64,000 nucleotides of DNA, from assembly GCA_963847475.1 (NCBI GenBank), contig CAWJZZ010000009.1:88038-152037 (forward strand), in the 5' to 3' direction. Below the pieces are notes generated by a model. That model saw only the letters and a program-made list of their open reading frames with translations. It ran no database searches and had not been told where the DNA came from. The stretch comes from an uncultured Actinomycetes bacterium (GTDB taxonomy: Bacteria; Actinomycetota; Thermoleophilia; Gaiellales; Gaiellaceae). Of this stretch, positions 53,072 to 62,006 are shown piece by piece. Position numbers and translations under genes: made by a program. Positions within the stretch are counted from its first letter, which is position 1, and each line of letters begins with the position of its first letter.

Positions 53072-54714
53072 CAGAAGCCCCTCGTCTCGGACAGCCTACG
53101 GCGCAGATCTCGCAGCGGGCGCGCGCTCGTCACGTACGGAACCTGGTCGAAGTTCCACGCCGGGGGCGGGGAGGTCGCATACCACTCGAGCGTATCGGCG
53201 ACCCACGGATCGTTGCCGGCCCTCGGGCCTGTCCGCGTCGTCTTGATGACGTTCGCGAGAAACACGAGCATCCCGATCGCCATCACGGCGGAGCCGATGC
53301 TCGACGCCATGTTGTACGCCTCCCAGAGGCCGCCCTGGTGGTACGTGTAGACGCGCCGGGGCATGCCGAGCAGACCGAGGAAGTGCTGCGGCATGAACGT
53401 GAGGTTGAAGCCGAACAGCACCAGCCAGAAATGCCACTTGCCGAGCCGCTCGTCGAGCAGCCGGCCGAACATTTTCGGCCACCAGTAGTAGAGGCCGGCG
53501 AAGATCCCGAAGATCGAGCCGCCGAACAGGACGTAGTGCAGATGCGCGACGACGAAGTACGTGTCGGTCACCTGCCAGTCGACCGGGAACACCGCGAGGA
53601 AGATGCCCGACAGCCCGCCGATCGTGAAGACTGCGATGAACCCGAGGGCCCACAGCATCGGCGTGTCGAACGAGATGCTGCCGCGCCAGAGTGTCGCGAG
53701 CCAGTTGAAGATCTTCACACCGGTCGGGATCGCGATCACCATCGAGCTGACCATGAAAAAGATGTCGAGCCCGACCGGGAGTCCGACGGCGAACATGTGG
53801 TGCGCCCAGACGAGCATCGAATAGAACGCGATCCCGACCGTCGAGATTGCGACCGCCTTGTAGCCGAAGATCGGCTTGCGCGCGAAGACCGGCAGCACCT
53901 CGGAGATGATCCCCATCGCCGGCAGGATCATGATGTAGACCTCGGGGTGGCCGAAGAACCAGAAGACGTGCTGATAGAGGATCGGGCTGCCGCCGTGAGC
54001 GGGATCGAAGAAGTGCGTCCCGACCTGACGATCGAGCAGCATCAGCGTCAGTCCCGCCGATAGCACCGGCAGGACGATCACGAGCATCCAGCCGTACGTG
54101 ACCATCGCCCAGCAGAAGAGCGGGATGCGCATCCACGACATGCCCGGGGTGCGCATGTTGTGGATGGTCACGACGAAGTTGATCGCGCCGGCGAGCGATG
54201 CGATCGAGAGGATGTGCAGGCCGAGGATCCAGAAGTCCTGGCCGTTCCCGGGCGAGTGCAGGGTCGAGAGCGGCGTGTACGCGGTCCAGCCGCTCGCGGC
54301 CGCGCCGCCCTTGGCGAAGAAGCTCGCGAACAGGACGATCCCGCCCAGCAGGAAGAGCCAGTAGGAGAGCGCATTCAGACGTGGGAAGGCCATGTCCCGG
54401 GCGCCGATCTGCAGCGGCACCAGGAAGTTCCCGAAGCCGGCGAGGATCGGGATGATGACGAGGAAGATCATCGTCGTGCCGTGGATCGTCACCACCTGGT
54501 TGTAGGAGTTCTTCGTCAGGAACGACTCGTCCGGTGTCGCGAGCTGGATGCGGATCAGCAGCGCCAGCACGCCGCCGAGCGCGAAGAAGACGAGGGAGGT
54601 GCAGATGTAGAGAATCCCGATCCGCTTGTGGTCGACGGTCGTCAGCCACGACGCCACCTTGCCGCGACGCCAGTCGTGGCGATACGGGCGCGTGGCCTCG
54701 ACGTTGACGGCCAC
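53071..54714 (-). CDS. ctaD: Cytochrome c oxidase subunit I
   Basis: GTG 54714 (TAGTG overlap with ctaC stop); WLTTVDHKRIGILY, HGTTMIF, WFFGHPEVYI, WAHHMF, VAHLHYV. The rest of the 881-aa track ORF upstream is out-of-frame ctaC. Confidence 0.9.
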   Translation of the reverse strand: MAVNVEATRPYRHDWRRGKVASWLTTVDHKRIGILYICTSLVFFALGGVLALLIRIQLATPDESFLTKNSYNQVVTIHGTTMIFLVIIPILAGFGNFLVPLQIGARDMAFPRLNALSYWLFLLGGIVLFASFFAKGGAAASGWTAYTPLSTLHSPGNGQDFWILGLHILSIASLAGAINFVVTIHNMRTPGMSWMRIPLFCWAMVTYGWMLVIVLPVLSAGLTLMLLDRQVGTHFFDPAHGGSPILYQHVFWFFGHPEVYIMILPAMGIISEVLPVFARKPIFGYKAVAISTVGIAFYSMLVWAHHMFAVGLPVGLDIFFMVSSMVIAIPTGVKIFNWLATLWRGSISFDTPMLWALGFIAVFTIGGLSGIFLAVFPVDWQVTDTYFVVAHLHYVLFGGSIFGIFAGLYYWWPKMFGRLLDERLGKWHFWLVLFGFNLTFMPQHFLGLLGMPRRVYTYHQGGLWEAYNMASSIGSAVMAIGMLVFLANVIKTTRTGPRAGNDPWVADTLEWYATSPPPAWNFDQVPYVTSARPLRDLRRRLSETRGF

Positions 54715-55685
54715 TACTTCGCACCCGGCTTCGCGTATTGCTTCGTCCACGCGATCAACGCGTCGATCTGCGCAGGGGTCCAGTTCCTGCCGACTGCCGG
54801 CATCTGGCCCTGGCCGGTTCGCAACAAGACCGCCAGGCCCTTGCGATCGGCGAGCAGCGGGTTGCCGCCGAGTGCCGGGCCGATGTATGCATGATCGAGG
54901 CGGTGGCACTTCTGGCAGACGCCGGTCCACTCTTCCTTGCCGAGCACCGGGCCGGCGGCGTTGGCGGCTCGCTTGCTGATGAATTCGTCGTACGTCGATC
55001 GTGGGACGACCTCGACGGTGCCGTCCATCAGCGCATGCTGGATGCCGCAGAGCTCGGCGCAGCGCGCAACGTACGTTCCGGCCGGCGCCTTGAACCAGGT
55101 GTGATTCGTCGTGCCCGGGATGGCGTCGTACTTGCCGCCGAGGTCGGGCACCCACCATGAGTGGTTGACGTCGTAGTCGAGCCCCTTGATCTCCTCGTGC
55201 ACCACCTGGTCGGCCGGCGCGATCATGCGGTCGATCGAGATCGCGCCGTTCGGGTAGCGGAAGAGCCAGTAGAACTGATGGCCCTCGACCGTGATCGTCG
55301 TCTGGTCCGCTGCCGCCGCTTTCGGTGCGTCGGCGATCCCCGGCAGCTCGTAGAAGACGAACGAGCCGATCGCGGCGAGGATCACCACCGGGATCACCGT
55401 CCAGATGATCTCGAGGCGCGTCGAGCCATGGATTTGCAGACCCTCCGCCGAGCGTGGGCGCTTGCCGCGGCGGTACTTGATCATGAACGCGATCAGCACG
55501 CCCTCGACGAGCAGGAAGATGCAGCCGGTGAAGATCGCGACGACGATGAACGTGTCGTTGATCCGGTGTGCGTTCGGAGAATGAGCGTTCGCCGGCAGGA
55601 AACCCGAGTTGCCTGCGTACGCGACACTCGTCGTCGCGAGCGCGACGAGGGTTGTGGCGAGTGTGGCAAACGCGGTCCTGCGCAC
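54714..55685 (-). CDS. ctaC: Cytochrome c oxidase subunit II with fused C-terminal cytochrome c (caa3-type)
   Basis: 323 aa, GTG start; signal/TM segments; CuA site HSWWVP...CAELCGIQHALM; heme-c motif CQKCH...MPAV. Confidence 0.9.
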   Translation of the reverse strand: MRRTAFATLATTLVALATTSVAYAGNSGFLPANAHSPNAHRINDTFIVVAIFTGCIFLLVEGVLIAFMIKYRRGKRPRSAEGLQIHGSTRLEIIWTVIPVVILAAIGSFVFYELPGIADAPKAAAADQTTITVEGHQFYWLFRYPNGAISIDRMIAPADQVVHEEIKGLDYDVNHSWWVPDLGGKYDAIPGTTNHTWFKAPAGTYVARCAELCGIQHALMDGTVEVVPRSTYDEFISKRAANAAGPVLGKEEWTGVCQKCHRLDHAYIGPALGGNPLLADRKGLAVLLRTGQGQMPAVGRNWTPAQIDALIAWTKQYAKPGAK

Positions 55686-55706
55686 GCGGCTGGCATCGTA
55701 TAGCCG

Positions 55707-56000
55707 GTGGAAGCACGGAGTCAGGTCGACCTGCCGGACGGCGTCGGCGCCCCGTTCGGGGTCTTCGTGAACGGGGTCGAGCAGCAGCCGGGGGTCGACT
55801 TCACCCAGGTCGGCCGTACGCTCGTCTTCGGGCGGGAGCTGCGACAGGAGGGGCGTCTTGGCTTTTGGCGCTGGCTGTCGATCTTTCTCGGCGTTGCTGG
55901 GACCTATCGCCGGAACGACACCGTCGATCTCGTCTATACGGCCGGCGGTCGCCGGGTGGTCGCGAGCCTGGCCACCAGGCCTGTCGCGCAGCCCGAATAG
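55707..56000 (+). CDS. Hypothetical 97-aa protein
   Basis: GTG-start ORF with high GC3 and non-repetitive sequence (...FGVFVNGVEQQPGVDFTQVGRTLVFGRELRQEGRLGFWRWLSIFLG...); only 21 nt from divergent ctaC start; no family recognised. Confidence 0.45.
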   Translation: MEARSQVDLPDGVGAPFGVFVNGVEQQPGVDFTQVGRTLVFGRELRQEGRLGFWRWLSIFLGVAGTYRRNDTVDLVYTAGGRRVVASLATRPVAQPE

Positions 56001-56026
56001 CCCGCCGCTGCTAGGTTCCTCGCGGT

Positions 56027-57544
56027 TTGGCGACCGTCGATCCCACGCGCAGGCCGCCGCTCGCAGCGAAGGTGCCTGAGCGCGTGACCGCCGTGGTAGC
56101 GGTCGTCGGGCTGATCGTGCTGTCGCTGCTGCTGCGAGCGACGCAGCTCCACGCCGGCTTTTGGATCGACGAGGGGATCTCGGTCGGCGTCGCCCACCAC
56201 CACTGGACGTCGATCCCGCATCTGCTCCGCCAGGATGGCTCGCCGCCGGCCTACTACATGCTGCTCGGGCTCTGGATCCGCGTCTTCGGCGACGGCGAAG
56301 CGGCGACGCACACCCTGTCGCTCGTTTTCTCGCTCGCCTCGATTCCCGTGGCGTACTTCGCCGGGCGCAGCATCTTCGACCGGCGAACCGGCTTCGTCTG
56401 CGCCCTGCTCGTCGCGGCGACGCCGTACCTCACCTACTACGCGCAGGAGACGCGCATGTACGCCTTCGAGGCGTTCCTGTCGCTCGTGGCGGTGCTCGCG
56501 TACGTGAACGGGATCGTGCGCGGGCGACGCGGGTGGGCGGTGCTGCTCGTGCCGACGCTCGCGCTGATGGTGTACGGCCACAACTGGGCGCTCTTCTTCT
56601 GCCTGGCGCTGGCGATCACAACCGTCCTCTACGTGCGGGAGCACCTGCGGCTGTTCGCGCTCGTCGCGGCCGGCGTCGCGCTGCTCTACCTCCCGTGGGT
56701 GCCGACGCTGCTCTCGCAGGCGAAGCACACCGGTGCGCCCTGGTCGACACGGCCGAGCTTCCACGAGCTGTTCACGGCCGCCGGAGCCGTGCTGGGCGGC
56801 GACGCGCCGTTCATCGCGTTCATCGTCGCGGCCGGCGTCGGGTTCTCGTACTCACGCGACCGGATCGAGCGGCTGCTCGCGGTGCTCGTCGGTGGCACGG
56901 TCCTGATCGCGTGGCTGTCGTCGCAGATCTCACCGGCTTGGACGACGCGCTACTTCGCCGTGATCCTCGGTCCGGCGGTCCTGCTTGCCGCCGCGATCGT
57001 CACGCGGGCGGGGCGCGTCGGCGCGATCGCGCTGATCGCGGTGCTCTTTCTCTGGTGGGGCTTCGGCGTCCGGAACGAGAAGGAGAACGCCAAGCAGATC
57101 GCGGCCCAGCTCGCGCCGTCGCTGCAGCCTGGGGAGCTCGTCGTCTCGACCCACCCGGAGCAGGTGCCCGTGCTGCGCTACTACCTCGGCGGCGGCCTCC
57201 GCTGGGCGACGACGCTGGGGCCGGTCGCGGATCCGCAGGTCTTCGACTGGCGTGACGCGGTCTCGCGGCTGAAAGCCGCGAACCCGGGCGCGACTCTCGA
57301 CCCGCTGATCGAGTCGGTCCCGCGAGGCCGTGAGTTCGTCGTCGTCGAGCCCGTCTTCCGCGACTACCGGGCCTGGAAGGCGCCGTGGACGCGCCTCGTC
57401 TGGCGGCGCTCCCTGCAGTGGTCAGCCTTGCTCCAGCAGGACCGGCGGGTCCGCCTCGAGCACCACTTCGTCACGAACGAGATCGCGGTCGACCGCAACT
57501 ACTTCAAGCCGGTGCAGGCGTTCGTCTATCGCCGAGTTGGCTAG
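56027..57544 (+). CDS. GT39/ArnT-like (PMT_2) membrane glycosyltransferase
   Basis: 505 aa polytopic; FWIDEGISVGVA, PPAYYMLLGLW, YYAQETRMYAF typical of dolichyl/undecaprenyl-phosphate-sugar transferases. Start (TTG 56027) uncertain. Confidence 0.8.
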   Translation: MATVDPTRRPPLAAKVPERVTAVVAVVGLIVLSLLLRATQLHAGFWIDEGISVGVAHHHWTSIPHLLRQDGSPPAYYMLLGLWIRVFGDGEAATHTLSLVFSLASIPVAYFAGRSIFDRRTGFVCALLVAATPYLTYYAQETRMYAFEAFLSLVAVLAYVNGIVRGRRGWAVLLVPTLALMVYGHNWALFFCLALAITTVLYVREHLRLFALVAAGVALLYLPWVPTLLSQAKHTGAPWSTRPSFHELFTAAGAVLGGDAPFIAFIVAAGVGFSYSRDRIERLLAVLVGGTVLIAWLSSQISPAWTTRYFAVILGPAVLLAAAIVTRAGRVGAIALIAVLFLWWGFGVRNEKENAKQIAAQLAPSLQPGELVVSTHPEQVPVLRYYLGGGLRWATTLGPVADPQVFDWRDAVSRLKAANPGATLDPLIESVPRGREFVVVEPVFRDYRAWKAPWTRLVWRRSLQWSALLQQDRRVRLEHHFVTNEIAVDRNYFKPVQAFVYRRVG

Positions 57545-57586
57545 GGTAATGCGTCCGCGGGCGGTCTCCTGATCACGTGGACCTCG

Positions 57587-59068
57587 ATGGACACGGACAA
57601 CCCCCAGACAACGCTCGTGCTCGGTGGCGGCCCAGCCGGTCTGACCGCGGGCTACCTGCTCGGCAGGGCCGGGCGGAACGTGGTCGTCCTCGAGGCGGAC
57701 GATCAGGTCGGGGGTCTCGCCAAGACCGTCGAGATCGACGGCTACCGCTTCGATCTCGGCGGCCACCGGTTCTTCACGAAGTCGACCGAGGTCGACCTGC
57801 TCTGGCACGAGATCCTCGGCGACGAGTTCCTGCGGCGTCCGCGCATGTCGCGGATCTTCTGGAACAACCGCTACCTCGACTATCCACTCCGCGGCTCCGA
57901 CGTGATCCGCAAGCTTGGGCCCGTCGAGCTGACACGGTGCATGGCGTCGTACCTGCGAGCGGCGGCTCGGCGCAACAAGGTCGACGAGTCGCTCGAGGAC
58001 TGGGTCACGAACCGTTTCGGGCGTCGGCTGTTCGAGCTCTTCTTCAAGAGCTACAACGAGAAGGTCTGGGGAGTGCCGACGAGTGAGATCCGCGCCGAGT
58101 GGGCGGCGCAGCGGATCCGCGGCCTGTCGTTCTTCTCAGCAGCGAAGGCTGCCTTCTTCGGCAACGAGGGCAACAAGGTCAAGAGTCTCATCTCGGAGTT
58201 CAACTATCCCCGGTTCGGGCCGGGGCAGATGTGGGACGCGATGACGAGCGCGATCGAGGCCGAGGGGGGCGAGGTGCTGCTCAATTCGCCCGTGTCGCGC
58301 ATCGAGCTCGCCGGCGGGCGCGTCGTCGAGGTGGCGGCAGGCGACGAGCTCTACGCACTGCCCGATCACGTGATCTCGTCGCTGCCGCTGCGCGAGACGG
58401 TGCTGATGGCGTCGCCGCGCGCGCCGGAGCTCGTGCGCGAGGCAGCGGTCGGGCTTCGCTACCGCGACTTCATCAGCGTCGCACTCGTGGTCGACGGTGA
58501 GGATCTGTTCCCGGACAACTGGATCTACATCCACGAGCCCTCGGTGCGGGTCGGGCGGATCCAGAACTTTCGCTCCTGGTCGCCGTGGATGGTCCCGGAT
58601 CCCAGCAAGGCCTGCGTCGGGCTCGAGTACTTCTGCTTCGCCGGCGACGATCTCTGGACCATGAGCGACGACGATCTCGTCGAGCTCGCCGCGAGCGAGC
58701 TCGAGAAGCTGGGCCTGGCCTCGCGCGCGAGCGTCGAGCGCGGCTATGCCGTGCGCGTGCCGAAGGCGTACCCAATCTACGACGCCGATTACGCCAAGCG
58801 CGTCGCCGTGATCCGCACGTGGCTCGACGGGATCGAGAATCTGCAGCAGGTCGGGCGCAACGGCCTGCACCGCTACAACAACTCGGACCACTCGATGCTG
58901 ACGGCCATGCGCGCGGTCGACAACCTGCTCGACGGCGACCACCACGACATCTGGGAAGTCAACGCGGAGAGCGTCTACCACGAGACGCAGGTAGCCGACG
59001 AGCATCCGTACCGCGCTGCGCCGGCGACTCCCGAGATGCAGGCGCTCGAAGCCACGCACCCTGACTAG
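57587..59068 (+). CDS. FAD-dependent oxidoreductase (amine-oxidase/UDP-galactopyranose-mutase-like fold)
   Basis: 493 aa; Rossmann VLGGGPAGLTAGYLL...VVVLEADDQVGG; GRNGLHRYNNSDHS near C-terminus. Confidence 0.8.
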   Translation: MDTDNPQTTLVLGGGPAGLTAGYLLGRAGRNVVVLEADDQVGGLAKTVEIDGYRFDLGGHRFFTKSTEVDLLWHEILGDEFLRRPRMSRIFWNNRYLDYPLRGSDVIRKLGPVELTRCMASYLRAAARRNKVDESLEDWVTNRFGRRLFELFFKSYNEKVWGVPTSEIRAEWAAQRIRGLSFFSAAKAAFFGNEGNKVKSLISEFNYPRFGPGQMWDAMTSAIEAEGGEVLLNSPVSRIELAGGRVVEVAAGDELYALPDHVISSLPLRETVLMASPRAPELVREAAVGLRYRDFISVALVVDGEDLFPDNWIYIHEPSVRVGRIQNFRSWSPWMVPDPSKACVGLEYFCFAGDDLWTMSDDDLVELAASELEKLGLASRASVERGYAVRVPKAYPIYDADYAKRVAVIRTWLDGIENLQQVGRNGLHRYNNSDHSMLTAMRAVDNLLDGDHHDIWEVNAESVYHETQVADEHPYRAAPATPEMQALEATHPD

Positions 59069-60722
59069 CGCGAAGAGGCTCCTGCTGCCAGGTGCGACGG
59101 TTGCGGCCGCCGTACTGCTCGTCGCCGTCTCGCTCCAGACGGTCTGGTGGTCGCCGCTGAACGTCGACGAGGAGCTGACGCTGCGGATCGCGGACTTCTC
59201 GTTCGGCAACATCTTCCACATCGTCTCGACCAAGCGCGGCGGCGGCCCGCTCCACTTCTGGCTCGAGCACTTCCTGCAGGGTTGGTGGCCGGGACTCGAA
59301 TCGCTGCGCTTCCCGTCGATCGTGTTCGCGTGCCTCGCGTTGCCGGCGGTAGCGCTGATCGCCCGCGAGTTGATCGGGGAGCGAGGGGCAGCTGGCGTCG
59401 TGCTCCTGACGGCGGTCGCGCCGATCCCGATCCTGTACACGACGTTCGGCCGGCCGCACACGATGCTCTTCGCCTGGCTGCAGTGGGGCACGGTGCTGGC
59501 GCTCAAGGCGGGCCGCGAAGGCAGTCGGCGCTGGTGGATCGCGGCTGGAGCCGCGCTCGGGCTCTCGGTGTTCGTGCATCCGACCGCGCCGCTCTACGCG
59601 ATCACCGCCTTCGCCGCGGCTGCTGTGTACGTGCCGCGGCCGCCGCGCTCGGTCCTCCGCGAGGCATGGCCCGGCGCGGTCGCTCTCGTGCTCACCTTCG
59701 GGCCGTACTACCTACGCACGCTGCACGTCCTCAACGATCGGTACGCCGTGGGCAGCGGCAAGCCTGGCAGCCGCACCTTCACGGGTAGGCCGGTGTGGGA
59801 GGACGCACTCCATTTCGTCGCGCCCGGCCGGCACGACCTCAACTACTTCACCGCGTTCGCATTGCTCGGCGTGGCGACGCTGATCGTCGCCCGCCGCAGT
59901 CGGGCGCTCGCGTTCTGCGCCCTGACCGTCGCGGTGCCCGTCCTTTTCTTCTCCGTCGTGCCTGCGAACGGCGACTCGGCCCTGTTCTTCGACCGCTACA
60001 TGATCCCGGCCACGCCGGCGTTCCTGACGCTCGTCGTCGCGGGCTGTCTCGGCGCGGCTCGCTGGGCAGGCGCATGGCGGCTGCTCGCACTCGCGATGCT
60101 CGTCGCCGGGCTGGTCGCGATCGAGCTTCGCTTCGATGCGAACCGCCGGGACGGGCAGCGCGACATCCGGCTCGACGCCGTCACCGCGGCGGTGCGCCAC
60201 GAGCCTGCGGGCACCGTCCTGTTCGGCTCGACGGGGACGAGTGGTGTCGCGTTCTCATCCTTCGACTACGGCCATCCGGCCAACCTGCTCGACCGGTACC
60301 TCGCGCTGCGCGTGCCGTCGCTCGAATACGTCGACGACGACTCCTGCGAGCGTGCCGTCGGGTTCGTGCGCCGCAACACGCCGAAGCGCGGGCTCTGGCT
60401 CTTCTACGCGGCTGCGCCGGCCGAGCAGGCTGCGGCACGTCGGGCGTTCACGAAGCTGCCCGGTGCAACCGCGCAGGAGGTTGCAGGCGGCTACTTCGTC
60501 GTCCGTTCACGCCAGGCGCTGCCGCCTCGCGCCCTGGTCGCGCTCGGACGGTCGCTGCGGCTCCGCTGGCGGTCAGCCGTGCCGCTGAACCGGCGGGTCG
60601 ACGAGTTGCTGCAGGCCGATCGCCAGCTGTTGCTGAGACCACCCCTCTGCACGCCGTACGGCGACCTGGGGGATCCGGACATCTCGCCTCATTGGCCGCC
60701 CGTCACGACGAACCATCAGTAG
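59061..60722 (+). CDS. Second GT39/ArnT-like membrane glycosyltransferase; no canonical start codon for its N-terminal TM region
   Basis: Track ORF starts at GTG 59322, but the same frame is open from 58995 and encodes a convincing N-terminus (TSAKRLLLPGATVAAAVLLVAVSLQTVWWSPLNVDEELTLRIADFSFGNIFHIVSTKRGGGPLHFWLEHFL...). The only start-like codon there is CTG 59061. Confidence 0.65.
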   Translation: MTSAKRLLLPGATVAAAVLLVAVSLQTVWWSPLNVDEELTLRIADFSFGNIFHIVSTKRGGGPLHFWLEHFLQGWWPGLESLRFPSIVFACLALPAVALIARELIGERGAAGVVLLTAVAPIPILYTTFGRPHTMLFAWLQWGTVLALKAGREGSRRWWIAAGAALGLSVFVHPTAPLYAITAFAAAAVYVPRPPRSVLREAWPGAVALVLTFGPYYLRTLHVLNDRYAVGSGKPGSRTFTGRPVWEDALHFVAPGRHDLNYFTAFALLGVATLIVARRSRALAFCALTVAVPVLFFSVVPANGDSALFFDRYMIPATPAFLTLVVAGCLGAARWAGAWRLLALAMLVAGLVAIELRFDANRRDGQRDIRLDAVTAAVRHEPAGTVLFGSTGTSGVAFSSFDYGHPANLLDRYLALRVPSLEYVDDDSCERAVGFVRRNTPKRGLWLFYAAAPAEQAAARRAFTKLPGATAQEVAGGYFVVRSRQALPPRALVALGRSLRLRWRSAVPLNRRVDELLQADRQLLLRPPLCTPYGDLGDPDISPHWPPVTTNHQ

Positions 60723-60730
60723 AGCCGCTG

Positions 60731-61375
60731 CTACGAGCCGCGCGGGAGCACGAAGAACGCGATCGCGACGTACTGGCAGCCCGCGGCCGCGATCGTGCAG
60801 AGATGGAAGAGCTCGTGGTAGCCGAGCACCGCGGGTCGCGGGTCGGGACGCTTGAGGGCGTAGATGATTCCGCCGACGGTGTAGAGCAGGCCGCCGACGA
60901 GAACCAGCGTCAGGCCGGTGGCGCCGACCTTCGCCAACTGGTTGATCGCGACGACGCCGATCCAGCCGAGGGTGAGGCCGATGAAGGCCGACAGGATCTT
61001 CGGCGACTTGACCCAGAACAGCTTCATCAGGATCGCAGCGAGTGCGCCCGTGTAGACGATCGCCAGCACGGGGATCGCCCAGCCCTTCGAGAGCACGAGC
61101 AGGCCGAAGGGGGTGTAGGTGCCCGCGATCAGCAGGTAGATGCCGGCGTGATCGAGCCGGGCGAGCCAGGAGCGGACGATGGGCGTCCAGGTCGGCCGGT
61201 GGTAGAGCGCGCTCGCCCCGAAGCACGCGGCGAGGCAGGCCGAGAAGACGATCGCAGCGAGCCGGGCCTTGCCCGACTCGGCCGTGACGACCAGCGGCAC
61301 TGCGAGCAGGAGGACGATGAAGAAGCCCACCTCATGGAACACGCCCCGGAGAGCCGGCTTGACTCGCGCTTCCAT
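60731..61375 (-). CDS. Hemolysin-III/PAQR-family membrane protein
   Basis: ATG 61375; 7 TM; [33 protein letters not shown] motifs. Confidence 0.85.
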   Translation of the reverse strand: MEARVKPALRGVFHEVGFFIVLLLAVPLVVTAESGKARLAAIVFSACLAACFGASALYHRPTWTPIVRSWLARLDHAGIYLLIAGTYTPFGLLVLSKGWAIPVLAIVYTGALAAILMKLFWVKSPKILSAFIGLTLGWIGVVAINQLAKVGATGLTLVLVGGLLYTVGGIIYALKRPDPRPAVLGYHELFHLCTIAAAGCQYVAIAFFVLPRGS

Positions 61376-61478
61376 CTCGGTGGAAGCTACACTCACGCCC
61401 GAGAACTTGAGCGAGTCTGGATGGTGCGGGTCACCTTCTTGTCCGTTCACAGAAGTTGGCAAGGAGGTGAAGGAAAAC

Positions 61479-61685
61479 ATGGCAACCGGAACCGTCAAGT
61501 GGTTCAACTCGGAGAAGGGGTACGGCTTCATCACGCCCGACGAGGGCGGTAAGGACCTCTTCGTCCATTTCAGCGCGATTCAGGGGAGCGGCTACAAGTC
61601 GCTCGACGAAGGCGCGAAGGTCGAGTACGAGGCACAGGAGGGCGACAAAGGCCCTCAGGCTGCGAACGTCTCGGTCGTCGGCTAG
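61479..61685 (+). CDS. cspA: Cold-shock protein (CspA family)
   Basis: 68 aa; [15 protein letters not shown] (RNP1), DLFVHFS (RNP2); ~100-nt 5' UTR; AAGGAGG upstream. Confidence 0.9.
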   Translation: MATGTVKWFNSEKGYGFITPDEGGKDLFVHFSAIQGSGYKSLDEGAKVEYEAQEGDKGPQAANVSVVG

Positions 61686-61695
61686 TCCGGCATCA

Positions 61696-61724
61696 GGCGG
61701 TGGCGGGCACGGCCCGCCACCGCC
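61696..61724 (+). terminator. 13-bp perfect GC hairpin after cspA (no U-tract)
   Basis: GGCGGTGGCGGGC-ACG-GCCCGCCACCGCC, 11 nt after the csp stop. Confidence 0.5.
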
Positions 61725-61751
61725 GACCACCAGCTACCAAAGGAGCTCGTC

Positions 61752-61994
61752 ATCGCTCAGAAAGAAGAGAAGGTCGAGATGACCGGCGAGATCGTCGAGG
61801 CGCTCCGGAACGGCATGTTCCGGATCCAGCTCGACAACGGTCACGAGACGCTCGGCTACACGGCAGGCAAGATGCGCCGCTTCCGGATTCGCATGAACCC
61901 GGGTGATCGTGTGCGCATCGAACTCAGCGCGTACGACCTCGGACGCGGTCGGATCGTCTACCGCATGCGGCCGGGCGACGAACGCCCCGAGTAG
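61752..61994 (+). CDS. infA: Translation initiation factor IF-1 (start codon uncertain: ATC 61752 or ATG 61779)
   Basis: [50 protein letters not shown] is IF-1. In-frame upstream codons (I)AQKEEKVE align with the conserved MAKEDNIE-type N-terminus, and AAAGGAG sits 6 nt before ATC 61752. Confidence 0.8.
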   Translation: MAQKEEKVEMTGEIVEALRNGMFRIQLDNGHETLGYTAGKMRRFRIRMNPGDRVRIELSAYDLGRGRIVYRMRPGDERPE

Positions 61995-62006
61995 GCGCGC
62001 GCTCGC

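Noticed and set aside
53071-55716. 881-aa ORF suggesting a giant oxidase subunit
   Set aside because: Only the C-terminal 547 aa (from GTG 54714) are CtaD. The N-terminal part is out-of-frame reading across ctaC, which is intact in its own frame (54714-55685).
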